A stretch of DNA of 62,751 nt, counting the filler, from Sphacelaria rigidula (Eukaryota), in assembly GCA_964200075.2 (NCBI GenBank). It is 6 parts of 6 records of this genome, joined end to end, with 100 filler letters (N's around TTAATTAATTAA, not from the genome) between each part and the next. Parts side by side here need not be neighbours in the genome. Positions count along the whole stretch, not along the records: positions 1 to 10,376 come from CAXNAA020006623.1; positions 10,477 to 20,852 come from CAXNAA020006624.1; 4 more parts are not named here. One strand, given 5' to 3'. The notes under the pieces were generated by a model. It saw only the letters and a list, made by a program, of their open reading frames with translations. It ran no database searches and was not told the origin of the DNA. Every line of letters begins with the position of its first letter. Position 1 is the stretch's first letter. A program made the position numbers and the translations under genes. Shown one piece after another: positions 1-12,128 of this stretch.

Positions 1-48
1 AGACAGCCACAGCTTATACACTGCCTCATGGGTGTCTCACCATCACAA

Positions 49-165
49 GGGGGGGGGGGGTTGTACTCATGATTCTACATGCCGCAGTCATGAGTCATGG
101 ACTTGAGATCCCCACAAAGCCGGGCCGGAGCACGCCGAGTTTCCGCCGAGACTACGCTCGCGGTC
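49..165 (+). repeat. Dispersed short repeat (G-tract-GTACT...ACAAAGCCGGG.CGGAGCACGCC)
   Basis: Related copies in reverse orientation at ~5330-5460, ~6508-6610 and ~40663-40731, and forward at 62697-62751. Bases 1-60 also match the reverse complement of ~41584-41656. Confidence 0.7.
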
Positions 166-962
166 ACCAAGGACGGAGCGCCGTGATATGTCCGGCGAGT
201 CGTATGAAGGGTGAGCTTCAACGCACTCGTTTGGCGCGAATCGTGCTAATTATCCTTGTGTTACGCCCTTCGCGCCGACTTGAGGTTTTTCACCCCGCAT
301 AGTGCGATCGAAGTCGACCACCATTCATGGTTTCCGCGCGAAAAAACACAAGAGAAAAATGAATGGTAGCTTGAGTGCCTAGCTTACGCAGTGCGTGGCG
401 TGTTTTTACCCTATTGTTGCCAATCGGCGACAACCCTCAGGGGCACATGAGGACGGGAGGGACAGGTCTCAGCCGTCCCGTATGGGTCTGCCGGAGTACG
501 GCACAAAGTTCGTTCATCGGCGGTACCGCTGCTGTTCATACTACTTTGTTCTTCATCAACAGCTAAATACCACGATACATAACAATCAATATATCATCCC
601 TCTTCACTGTGCGCAGTCTACGCTTTCTTGCCCCTGCTAGTGTTCCACAGTGTGCAGCTATCTTGACAACGCAATGGAGGGCGGGCAAATCCCCAAGACT
701 ATGCAAACAACGAGAAGTATCTCGCGTTCAATTTGCTCAAGGAGCCTAGCGACTGCTGCAGCTTGGGAATGATAGGCCTTAATCGCGACGCGGTCCGATC
801 TCATCCATCTATGCGGGGGTAGATGGACTCAGCGACCGATCACAAACATCGAAACTGTTACACGCCTCCCCGTCGACATGCTGCTCGACGTAGATATTTC
901 CTGGGTATACTCATGGTTGATCTGAGAATTTTTCTCCGACGGTCTGGGACCCCCCCCCTTAA

Positions 963-1149
963 CCCTTAAACCGCGGTGCGGGTAGTCCATCTGGATTATC
1001 CGTACTTTTTTCAAGTGAATATTGATACCGATTCAGCAGGTGATCTACCCTCACGGTCAAAGGGTTGAAAAGGAACCCCCTCACTCTCTGTGAGACCCTT
1101 GTGCTTTCAGCAATGAAACGGCTCTAAGCCGAAGCTCACAGTTACAGGG
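963..1149. mobile_element. Possible small piggyBac-type MITE
   Basis: TTAA at 959-962 and 1150-1153 flanks CCCT...AGGG ends. TIRs are imperfect (CCCTTAAACCGCG vs CCCTGTAACTGTG). Confidence 0.4.
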
Positions 1150-1167
1150 TTAAGCACGAAGAATATT

Positions 1168-4044
1168 TCAAGGTAGTACAGATAAAATAAATTCTTGAGC
1201 AGCCAGTGCAAACGGGAATACCGCTCTTGCGTGCATTCGCCGTGATTTCTCTATTGCCTGTGAGAATATATACCCACACGTAGTTGAGCGATGCCCGCCA
1301 TTTAGCGAAAAGTCGAGCCCAAAGGTGTCAACTGCCGCGGTCGGTATTCGGTTTGAAAAGTCTTGAAGGCAAGCTTGCGTTGACGGTGATTTGACATACG
1401 CTCTCAGGGTCTGTATTCTTGCGTCGACAGCATGGTATGACAAGACTCACTTGCTTGAGAATATTTTGCACGGCCATGATGATGGTATGTTGCCTGGCGG
1501 CAACTCGGTCTTGCAGTCGACGGTGACACCACTCCCTTACTCTCGGCAGTCCTTCGCGGATAACTTCACTCGGGGGGTACACCTGTGACCGGTTCCGAGA
1601 AGTCAATAATGGGAAAATTGAGGCATACCACGGGACGCACGACGAGTCTAAAGGAACGGACTATAAGCGTTGTCGACGCGCTGTACACCGCTACACCATC
1701 TACGAGCAGCGATGTTCCTCCTGTCGGATGAGATCCCGATATGCATGGCTCTTTGCGGTTGGCGTTCTCATGCGTATTGCACAGCATGTGCCGCGAGAAG
1801 AAATGCCCATGGGTTGATCCACAGGCGGCAAAAATTCCGTCCACATTTTGACTTATATGCAAACGTTGACCGCCCGCTGATCTGCTGATGAGCGCAGGAA
1901 TCACTGAACTTGCCATATCATTTTGCTCCATCATGAGCTTTTCCAACCCCGTGAGCTCGTAAAACCTCATCGGTAGCCCTGAACGGTACACCGCGAGCGA
2001 TACAAATACGGCGACGGATGTCGTCAAGGAACAGGTGCTTAACTCTTCACAACAGACAAGAGACGTAGACCGTCACGGAACATTTGGATCTTATCGACAT
2101 CACGAGTAGGTCCATTAGTCTTCCGCGCTACCAACTCACGACACCGTCGCCATTTGCCCGTTCAAAGAATGCGAACAAGACCTGCGGTCAGTGCTCAGTG
2201 CCGCACCTATCGTGCGGGTTCTCAACGCTGCACCGATTCTGCGGGGTTTCAATCCTGCATCTACTGTGCGGGTTCGACAACTTTACACCGTCAAGTCTTG
2301 GTTCGCCAAGCCGCACGTCCTTACACGTGTTGCCTCAGCGCTGAAACCCACGCTGGTTAGTATGTATGCTGCCCTACTGTCTTTCCACCTGCAATGAAGT
2401 TGTGATCTAGCCAGAGGATCCTGAGAGTCTTGAGGCGGCATATGCTGTCCGGTAGTTGCGTCAAGCGATTGGACCCCAAATGAAGCTCTCGAATGGACCT
2501 GAAGAGGCACGTTGGGGATGCGGCATCGAGCGATGCGTCGGAGTTGCGGGAAACTAAGAATAATGCGTACATTGACCACCCAACCGATTTTTTTCCACGT
2601 ATGTGTCGCCTGGATCCGGCAGGCCCAACAGAGAGCTGTGTGCCATACATGAATTGGCAATATCGCGCATCATGACGAACATTCGTTGAATACTCACAGA
2701 AAGGGTAAACCATTCCATACAAGCAATGAGCCTTTGCGTCGATGAGGCGGCGCTTGGTGGCTCTGCTGTGGACACGAACTATCAGATGAGGACGATGTGG
2801 GCATCCTAATCGCCTGTGTGCAACTGAATCTCCCCCCCCCCTATAAGTCAATTCGTGAAGCGTGAAGTAGCGACCCAGTGGTTGCCCGCTAACATCCTGT
2901 CGGAGTCGAAATGGTGCATCATCTTCTGTACCACCCACCGAGAGTCACCAATATCTGATGGGAGCGACTTGAGGCCATTGTTGACTGCCGCGAGCACCCG
3001 AAGTCGTGACATATTCTTCACGCAGTGAGGTAGACCAGCCTGGTGGAACAGAAAATACACAGCAATGTCACGTACACGGTAACGACCACTACTCCAGTTC
3101 TGCTTTAAATGCGCACAAAAGTAGGTTCTACCGCGGCAGGACACGGGACATTCATTCAAAACGTACACAAATATTGAAATGCCGCGTCTTGCTATCTCAT
3201 TATATCACGCTGCAGCATCGGAACGAGCATGTAGGCGGCGCAATGCAGCTGACGGCCCTGTAGTATCAAGCGAAACATGCGCTCAACTATGCTACGTCCC
3301 AACAAGCCCCACTGACCTAATTGGCGCGTGTTGAAACCGGCTGGGCCACAGTAGGGTATTCAATTAACAGCAGACACAATTTAACGCTTTCTTTTCATCC
3401 GGCGTATCTAATTTCAGCCGCCAAAAGCACGAGAAGGTGAGTAACTGAAGCAGATGAACACGGTGCAGGAGCACTGATTCAATCCGCTCGCCAAAATATC
3501 AAGCGAATGCCGTGGAGGGGGTGGATTGAAGTCTTGACAATACGGGCTCGTTCCGGGAAAAGGAAGCGCCGAAAGTATGATAAAAAAAAAAATGCTTGAG
3601 CTCGAACGTAACAGCCGTACAGGTCTCCACGATGGAGAGACACTCGCCAAACGGTTGTTGCTGACGTTGAGAACGCGACACCTCATTCTGCCCAAGGTTT
3701 CCGGCAGTCGACGGAGGCAGTTGCAATCCAGCCCCACCCGCTTCAGGCGAATCAGGTTACCAAATGACGGCGGGACCGTTTCCAGCCTGCACGGCGGTCG
3801 AGCATTGAACAATTCACGTCGAAATATTTATGTCCACATCTTTTTCACTAGACGAGGCGGCGAATATTCGGGAACCCCTTGCACTTATCTTTTTCAGATT
3901 AGGTTTCGCCTTATACCAGTTGATTTTTATGATGGCACCAATCTTGTCGTAGTGTCTGCAATACCCCACCGCACGCAACAAGTGGCGTACACTCACCTGT
4001 TTCCTTCAAGGCACAGTTTCTTTAGCTTGAGCATAGTACCAAAC
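1168..4044 (-). CDS. Leucine-rich repeat protein, multi-exon, 5'-partial
   Basis: Phase-compatible exons 3997-4044, 3648-3786, 2939-3039, 2389-2498, 1914-1978 and 1451-1582, plus a tentative exon from 1257 (stop at 1168 if terminal). They splice to FGTMLKLKKLCLEGNRLETVPPSFGNLIRLKRVGLDCNCLRRLPETLG...NNRLAGLPHCVKNMSRLRVLAAVNNGLKSLPSDIGDSRSIRELHLGSNRLTQLPDSICRLKTLRILWLDHNFIAGLPMRFYELTGLEKLMMEQNDMVYPPSEVIREGLPRVREWC, i.e. LxxLxLxxNxLxxLP repeats with a PPxEVxxxG cap. Confidence 0.88.
2200..2290. repeat. Degenerate ~27-bp minisatellite, intronic
   Basis: About 3 units of (c/t)GCACC.at.(g/c)TGCGGGtt.tcaa. Confidence 0.5.
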
Positions 4045-5329
4045 CTGCGGCGGAAGGTAAGAGACGAAAACGCACGCAGGAACGGCTTCGATATTGTTTT
4101 CGTCGAAAAGCGCCACGTGGAGAACTCTGGCGTCAAAAACTGACCCAAGGCCTTAGCCCCGCGCTAGCATTACATCCTGTGTCTCTCGAAAATATTTTGA
4201 AAGGCATGTTAAAAAAGAGGCTGTCGGTATATCATACCCTGGACGCGGATTGCGGGTTGTACTGCAGGACATTTTGCACTAACGGGGAGAACACTGTATA
4301 ACACTATCGTTCAAGCTGCATCTGAACCATCGATCTGAGATATGACATTTCATCGGGGATACTTCACTACTTCTACTTGTCGCACTTTGAACCCCTCCCC
4401 TTCCTCGGGATGAGTCCGTGGTCTCAAGGGATTCACCCATCTCTCCTTCGGTACACGCCTTGCATTTTGGTCCCGCGGATTGGATTATGACTATCAGCAC
4501 TTCCGCACCGCGTCAACTTACGTCAAACAAACTCAGTCGACTACTTTGTTTCCTCACGTTCTCACGATCTCCACGGTGGAGATCAGACATTACGAAGAAA
4601 ACCCCCAACGCGTCGAGAATCGACCCCTCGTTCTCTCCACCCTAGACTTTATAATGACGACAGTGGGGCCATTGCACCACCGGGGCACGACTGATAGGGG
4701 ATAACCACCCGGGATATCCATACAGGATTCTAGATCTAACTGAGATACCCATCTCCGAGCTGTGCTTCCATCTTGGATATCACAGAGTTTGGGATATCCA
4801 TCTGGACCCTCGCATCATCCATCTGAGACATTTATCTGAGACCTCCCATCCGTTGGGGATGTCTATTTGGCACGTCCCTCTTTGCGTATAAATTGGAATA
4901 TTTTATCGGCATGCACCTGCACTATTCCGTCCCAGGGCACCCTAGTCCCGACATATGCCCTTCCTGATCGATTTTGCCCGAACTCATTCCTGCGGGTATG
5001 TACCTTGGGTAATATATCGGATACTGATGACCGGGTCCGGGTACTAATAATGTGGATGCATGGCAGGTTGAGATATGAAGGGGGATAGAGCAATTTCAAT
5101 ATCCCGATAGTGACGTATAACCGCGATGATGCACGCTGGAACGTCGCGCGCATATACGAACGGCATACGCCGACGGTCGCGTGCCCATTTTTCTGGTGAT
5201 AGAGGTTTTCCCTCTTACAGACACGTATATTCCCCTGCCCAGAGGCTTCTCCGTCTCGAAATGGATGCGCGGTCAACGGTCAAACGACTAGGGCAAGCGA
5301 AAAATGAGTACCCTCCGCCCCCCCCCCTC

Positions 5330-5460
5330 CCACGAGCCTGGTCCGGCGAAAACCCGGCGTGCTCCGTCCCGGCTTTGTAGGGATGCGAGGTCGATGGTCT
5401 TATGGCTATGGCATACAAGATCATAAGTACATCCCCCACCTCCCTTCCCAACCCCCCAAC
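5330..5460 (-). repeat. Copy of the dispersed short repeat family
   Basis: Reverse complement aligns by eye with 49-165; same orientation as 6508-6610. Confidence 0.7.
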
Positions 5461-6183
5461 CCTCCTGCCCAAACACTAAAATCTATGTAGGCTCTTGTGG
5501 ATCCTGCCAGAACTTTTTGCCATGCGTTACAACCTGGGGAGTAGTGTGTGCTCTATTCGTTCATCATATTTTGTCAGTGTTTTCTGTCATGGTTTATTTT
5601 TGGTTCGTGCGGTTTCGACTGTCGAAGGAATTTGAAAATGCGTTTCCTCAACATATCCCAAGTTGTGTTTCAGCGCCTTTCGTGAATTCAATATCTGTAC
5701 GTACGATGTCGTCAATTATCCCCATTTCCCATATCACAAGCATACTCTCATGTGTCGTAACGCTGCTTCCCACTCCTGCCTTGATCCCTTGACTGCCAGA
5801 GTGAACAGGCATCATGTTCACCTGAAAAATGACAGACCGAGATGTCCCACGGGAGAATAACGGATAGAAAAGCGGGGGGTAGACAAATGATGATGATCAT
5901 ACACAAATACACGAAGATGAGCCACACAGACGCGTAAAATTTATCAGTAAAAGCCGGATGCACACTGGGCAGACTTCTGTGGATTGTTTTTGAACTGTCA
6001 TTTTTTTTCACGAAAAAAATCGCATAGGTGTAGCTGAAATGTCGAACTTGGTATGCTTGAACATATATTTGTCGAAAGACATGTGACAGGGAAACAGACT
6101 AGGTCAAGACACGATATGTAGGCCGTTTTCAAGATTTTTGCCCTCATCATTCTCTCTTTTCCACCCTTTCCCGGAACGTTCAG

Positions 6184-6393
6184 GGTAAAGGCGACAAGAA
6201 CGAGCAGCACTATTGGCATAAAGAAACGACGAAGGCTAAGAAATCGGCGCCGGCTGAGGCCATCGAAGCGGGAGCTGAGGCATACAAACACCTCGCGGAG
6301 AAGGGAAAGAGCACTGTGAAAGACGCCTGGGAGAAGGTGAAGACTGCTGCTGAGGAAACGGCCTACGCTGCGTCTAGGCCGAGACATTGGTAG
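6184..6393 (+). CDS. Putative terminal exon of a hydrophilic LEA-like protein
   Basis: Pyrimidine tract and CAG acceptor at 6181-6183, then 69 sense codons and TAG: GKGDKNEQHYWHKETTKAKKSAPAEAIEAGAEAYKHLAEKGKSTVKDAWEKVKTAAEETAYAASRPRHW*. Ala/Lys/Glu-rich amphipathic pattern. Confidence 0.55.
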   Translation, partial: GKGDKNEQHYWHKETTKAKKSAPAEAIEAGAEAYKHLAEKGKSTVKDAWEKVKTAAEETAYAASRPRHW

Positions 6394-8661
6394 CCAGCTG
6401 CCTCTCAACCGTGTCTTCATGCCATCTTGGAAGATGACAATTTTTCTCTCGAAGGGAATTTGGTAGCAGATTCGCCTGTCCTTCCACACACACCCCTAGT
6501 CCCTCTTCTGGTCCTGCGAAAACCGGGCGTGCTCCGTCCCCGCTTTGTAGGGTGCGTGATCAATGGTCTCATAACTACGGCATGCGAGATCATGAGTATC
6601 CCCCCCCCACCGCGCGCCCCTCCCTCTTCCTTCAGTTACTGTACTCTGCTCTTTGGAGGGAAAGGGGGGGCCGGGGGCAGGGGGGGGGTTGCAGCAGTTC
6701 CAAAAGGGGACCCGTCGAGAACTAAAAATGGGGGTAACTTGAGAGGACAGCCGGTGGGTTCATGCGCCGTGCCCATGTTGTACATATCACATTTGCTATG
6801 GTGGGGCAGTATTGATGCGGAGTGATTTGACCTGCTGCTGCTGCTGCGGAGGTCTGCTGCGGGGAGAAAATTCGGTGTTAATAGGACGGCCGACTCTGTA
6901 CTGTACGGTGTAATGGTGTCAGTGTCGACTGTTTTTTTCGGATTCCTTTTTCTATCCGCGTCTGTGTGTTTGTGTGAACAATTTTCGCGTGTTCATTTTT
7001 TTGTTTGTTCCTTTCGTGGGACGAGCGTATTGGCGTTTTTGAATTGGAGGGGAGAGAGAGGCGCTAAGTGGTGCAATGTGGAAGGGAGAAAGAAGAACAA
7101 AAGATGAACGGACAGGGTTTGGAGCTGTCGCTAAATATCTTATTCGTTTTTTTTTGGCTCGTGGTAACGTGTGTTGTGTACCGCTCGTGTGGCCGAGGCT
7201 AATTTCCATGAGCTATCGCCGGAGACGATCTCTCTCCACCTCTACCCGTTCCCGTAGGAATGTATAGCCTACGGGCGAGCACTTGTCGATGTCTACCATG
7301 CCAATGGAGACATGCCATAACAACGACCACCGCCGTCGTTCGTAGTGTTTTCTCCAGTTTTGCACGTCTCGCATTTTTTTCAATACGCGACTTGTACACC
7401 AACCATGGGAAAAAAAGGGAACAGATTTTAACCTGTTGGCTCAGCGAGCAAGGCTGTTGCCGCAGGACACCGTCTATTTTTCTCACCAAAGGGGGACGGG
7501 GGCGAGCGAGCCCGCGGGATTGGTGAGGGCTGGGGCAGAATGTAGGCCATGTAATTAAAAGGGGAAGTGGTGAAACGATGATAAAGCGTAGGGGAAAGTC
7601 GACGGGTGAGGCATGCTGATGATATCATTTTGTGCTCGTGTTGTATCATCACGTGATGCTAGCTCTCGAGAAGTCAGTTGTGTGCACTGTAAGCATGCCA
7701 TGTACTGCGGTATCACGGTACCTTTTGCACACGTGTGTGCGCGTGTGTGTGCTGTGATATAAATATAACGTGTCCTTTGATTTATTGGGAAGTGAAAGTC
7801 GGCAAGGGGATCGAGGGGGAAGGAGGGAGGAAGAAAGCGAGAGGCGAGCACAAACAAGGAGTAAGAAAAACAGTACGAAATGTTGGTGAAAAAAGGACAT
7901 GCCGTTCGGGGATGTACTGGGCGGGCGTGATGTAGGTGGGGGTTACATGGGGTAGTTATAGCACGGTACTATGGTTGAGAGGTCCGTGTCAAATGTGCGC
8001 AATGTACACAGGCGTTTCTCGATTTTTTCTTCTGATTTATGGATGTGCGCTAGTTATGTGTCATGAGACAGGCTAAAAAGATGGGGGGGGAGTACCAACC
8101 CCCTATCCTGTAGAAAAAATGATTGTTGTTTGGTTGTACTTGGGAAAAAAAAGGTAGCAGCAACATTAGCAGCAGCATTAAGCTATGAGTCAACTCAGCA
8201 TGCTCGTCTCCTTTAGCTTTTATTTTTTTCTCGTCTATTTTTCTTTTGAGGTGGGTCGGGGAAGAGGGAAGGGGGCCGCAGTTTTTCTGCGTGTCTTTGC
8301 GTGTGCAGTTCTATCGTGCATGCATGTATTTGTATGTTTTCGATGTGGTGCAACGAAGGGGATGTACGCACGTGTATATACAGCGCCCCTCGACTACACA
8401 ATATGCACAAAGACGTTGGCAATACTATTAATTTTGACATGAATACGGGGGGGTGTATGCGGGGGATTTTTATTTCGGGAAAAAAGGTAGTGAAGAAAAA
8501 TGCCAGTGGGGCGGCTCTTGTGTGGCTCTTACTTTTGAGGAAAGGGACGTTCGTTAGAGGAATGTGGCGGTGAAGTATGATTTATTCTTGAATGTACGTG
8601 TTTTGACACACTTGACGCGATGTATGCCTGTGTGGTGTTTTTCACGTCTCTGCTGTGATGC

Positions 8662-9570
8662 GTGCCACCACCAAGCTGTTGCCAAGCGCTGTTACCAAGA
8701 CGTGCAACGGCAGCAAACGCACGATCCGCATTTTTCGTTTTCCGCGACGGAGATCACTCCAAGCGGGAAAAACATCGCTCGCTTCTTCTCGCTCACGGAT
8801 CGAGTTTTCTTCTGGCCCAGCGATCGCGCACACCCACGCAGCATCGATCGTGTACAGCGTGCTGCCGACTGCAACACCTTGCTAGGTCATCGCTCGGTAC
8901 TACCACTTCCTTTGCTCAGCTAGCGCCCGTGCTGCCAACAAGCTGTTACCAAGCGCTTCACCAAGTGCAAGGGCAGCACACGCGCGCTCTGCATTTTTTG
9001 TTTTCCGCGACGGAAACACGTCAAAATGGGGAAAAAAAACATCGCTTGCTTCTTCTCGCTCACGGATCGTTTCTTCTTCTCGCCCCCAGCGATTGCACAC
9101 ACCCACGCACCATCGACTGTGTACAGCATGCTGCCGACTGCAACATTTTGCTAGGTCATTGCTCGGTACCGCCATTTCCTCCGCTCAGCTAGCGCCCGTG
9201 CTACAGACGAGCTGTTGCCAAGCGCTCTCACCAAGTACGACAGCAGCACACGCGCGATCCGCACTTTTCGTTTTAAGCGACGAAACAGAGTCAAAACGCA
9301 AACAGCATCGCTCGCTTCTTCTCCCTCACGGATCGTTTCTTCTCGCCCAGCGATTGCACACACCCACGCACCATCGATCGTGTACAGCATGCTGCCGACT
9401 GCGACACCTTGCTCGGTCAACACCTCGGTACAGCCACTTCCTCTGCTCAGCTAGCGCACGTGCTGCCAACAAGCTGTTGTCAAGCGCTGTTACAATGTGC
9501 AACGGCAGCACACGCGCGATCTGCACTTTCTTTGTTTTCCGCAACGGAAAAACATCGAAACGGAAAGAAG
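8662..9570. repeat. Tandem repeat, ~265-bp unit, ~3.4 copies
   Basis: Units start near 8663, 8930, 9200 and 9461 with AGCTGTT(G/A)(C/T)CAAGCGCT and share CATCGCTCGCTTCTTCTC and GCTGCCGACTGC. Confidence 0.9.
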
Positions 9571-9587
9571 TATCCCTGGCTTAACAC

Positions 9588-9920
9588 ACATGGCCACTGG
9601 GGTGCCTGGAGGGTGGCATTTTGGACCCTCCAGACCCTCCGCAAGGTAGATTGCCGTGGAGGGTCAGAAAGTTGACGTTGCCAGCGTATATGTTGGAACC
9701 CATTACAGGTTGCAGGCATGTTCAAGGCAAGTGTACCATCGTAGTGGCCACTGGGGTGCCTGGAATGTGCCTGAATGAATGTTCCACATGTTCGGCAACG
9801 TACCTTGCGGGGCGAGGTCGGGAACGTGACGTTACCAGACGTTGCCAGACGTTGCCGGGGTATACGTTGAAACCCATTACATCTTGCAGGTATGTTCAAG
9901 GTAAGTGTACCATCGTATAG
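9588..9920. repeat. Degenerate tandem duplication, ~155-175-bp unit
   Basis: TGGCCACTGGGGTGCCTGGA occurs twice, and AACCCATTACA...TTGCAGG.ATGTTCAAGG.AAGTGTACCATCGTA occurs twice. Confidence 0.75.
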
Positions 9921-10376
9921 TTAGCGGTTTCACCGTGGCACGGCAAGGTTCATCGCACAAGCGCGAAAAAAATCACGCGGTTTCAAGGAGTTAGACCCTG
10001 TAATTTTGCACAAATGTACTCTGGGTAATTACGCAACTTTGGATGAACGAGGTCTTTCGATTTTCTTTTTGTTTACCGCCTTACGGGGGTCCGATTGGAT
10101 CGGAGTTTCCCCGAAAAAACTGGGACCTCCGAAACACGGTGAAAAAAGACACATTGTCAGAAAAAAAAAAAAAAGTTGACCTCCGAAAGTCGTGTAGTCA
10201 TACGTAGAACATTGGTGCAAAGTTTCAGCGATAAACTCCTTCGAACGGCGTGAAGTTTTGCCGATGAGTGTTTTTCGGGTCTTTTCCGCAAACCAGCCTG
10301 TACGTAGTACGATCATCCCCCTTGTGCGGAGTTGAGGTTCTCCCACGCCACACAACATGATCTAGCTCGACTATCA

Positions 10377-10476
10377 NNNNNNNNNNNNNNNNNNNNNNNN
10401 NNNNNNNNNNNNNNNNNNNNTTAATTAATTAANNNNNNNNNNNNNNNNNNNNNNNNNNNNNNNNNNNNNNNNNNNN
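10377..10476. other. Artificial contig linker (N44-TTAATTAATTAA-N44)
   Basis: Identical linkers at 20853-20952, 31328-31427, 41803-41902 and 52278-52377. Contig lengths 10376, 10376, 10375, 10375, 10375, 10374 indicate length-sorted concatenation. Confidence 0.97.
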
Positions 10477-10807
10477 CGGTTGACTCCGCTCCTGCGCTCG
10501 GGGGCCGTCTCGAAAACGTCGCTGGAGTGGGCGGCGGGGCGGGGGGGGGGGGGGGGGGGCGGGATAAGGCTCCACCCAATACATTTTATCGATCTTGTAC
10601 TGCCAACAGAGAAGGTACAGACGCCGAGCGATCCTGGGTCGGCTTCTTTTATTCGAGCACTTGAGCTCAGCTGTACGCATGGTACTCAGCGTGGTGCAAA
10701 ATGGGGCATACAGATGAGCACAGCTGCACGTGTGATGAGATAAGAGCACCACACCGACCGCACTCCTGCCGCGAAATGCGAGCCTGCCTTCATTTGTAAG
10801 GCCGGTC

Positions 10808-11155
10808 GGCCCGGTGGCTCAGTTGGTGACCTCGAAACCTTCTGACGGTTGGGTCGTGGGTACAAATCTCGGAGCGATCTGGGATTTTTTCGCACGCCAT
10901 ACCCAACAGTGGAGAGCGACTATGTCGTGGGTACACAAAATTCGACTTGACAATCAACGAGGGAAAGGGGCTGCTGAAAACTTACACAAAGGCAAGCACC
11001 GCAGAATGAAGGTGGAGTACTAAAAATATATAAATAAATAAGAAGGACCTGTGTTGACCTTCCTCCTGTGTGACCCTGGCTGGTGCGCCCACATATACCG
11101 GAAGGTGTAGATCGGCGTTCACAATAGATGGGACGACAACACAACAACACACAAC
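10808..11155 (+). mobile_element. tRNA-derived SINE
   Basis: Pol III A box TGGCTCAGTTGG (10815-10826), B-box-like GGTACAAATCTC (10859-10870), a body shared with 31428-31613, 34230-34350 and 34490-34585, and an (ACA/ACAAC)n tail. Confidence 0.75.
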
Positions 11156-12128
11156 CCCTTAGAACATGACATGTGTTTGGTTATATCTCCATGCCCGCGA
11201 TCTTGGCATTGCTGTCTTCCCTGCGTTGAAGAGGAGTATGGGCAGGGACAATACTCTAGTACAAAGTCGATATGACAAAATCACCAGCGTCCACTTTTGG
11301 ATCATGACATCTATATAGCGTTGCGCTCATGCCCACGATACCACGTTTAATCCTTCACAAGCGCGGAGGTATCCATCTGCGGAATAACGTTTTGTGTTGT
11401 TGTGGGTATACCCGGAGTTAGGGGATGTTTGGTCGGCATACTGTTTATTAATATCAAAAAACTATATCGAAACGTGTATCTAACGCTCCGGTATGATCAT
11501 CATTTTGCAGGGTATCGAGTCATGTTCCAAACAATCCGGTATGCTCCGGAAGGATAGTTGCCGATGAAACACCTCCTGTATACTTGTGTAAAAATCCTAC
11601 TATCACTACTCATAATTTCAGCCGGTATACCTTACAGAGCACAATCTTGGAATAATCATAATTTTCACAAATGAGGTGTTGAGAGTTTCGCTAACGTGAC
11701 AGTAAGCGATGACCATTTCGTTGAAGAGGGGCAGTCTTACTGGAGAGTTAGCTACTATTATAGCGGAAATGGCGATCGATAGGGGACATCGAGTACTTGC
11801 TAAGACGATTGCATTGCCGTATTTCTCTAATTTTTTTCTCCATTATCTTCGGATGATCTCCTGCCCTCGGTTGAAGGTCTGAATAAATGGGAGAGAAATC
11901 GGAAAAAATGCTGGGAAAAAGTATGCCGTTGTAGGGCACAGAAAATGACTAAATATTGTATATGTGCGTATGGTATGCCTCGATCGACCGCGGGTCTGAA
12001 TGAACTTGCGAAACATGAACGAAACGAATAAAAAACGCCTACAATTTTTCCACTGTATATACTTGTTGCTTTTACTGCGTATCTTGTGTCTTGTGTGCGC
12101 GTGTCTGGTCCGCCCTGATGTGGTCTGC

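Noticed and set aside
4353-4641. Minus-strand exon-like segments as upstream LRR exons
   Set aside because: Their phase is incompatible with the exon starting at 4044, and they have no LRR pattern.
4705-4865. CCATCTGGGATAT-like motif clusters (also 39410-39600 and 40833-40945)
   Set aside because: Degenerate low-complexity repeat with no definable unit or boundaries.
8564-9920. Many overlapping ORFs in the tandem arrays (also 49728-50879)
   Set aside because: By-products of repeated units, with no consistent frame between units.
10808-10880. Functional tRNA gene
   Set aside because: The B box is degenerate, no convincing cloverleaf is visible, and it is fused to a repeated body, so it is read as a SINE head.
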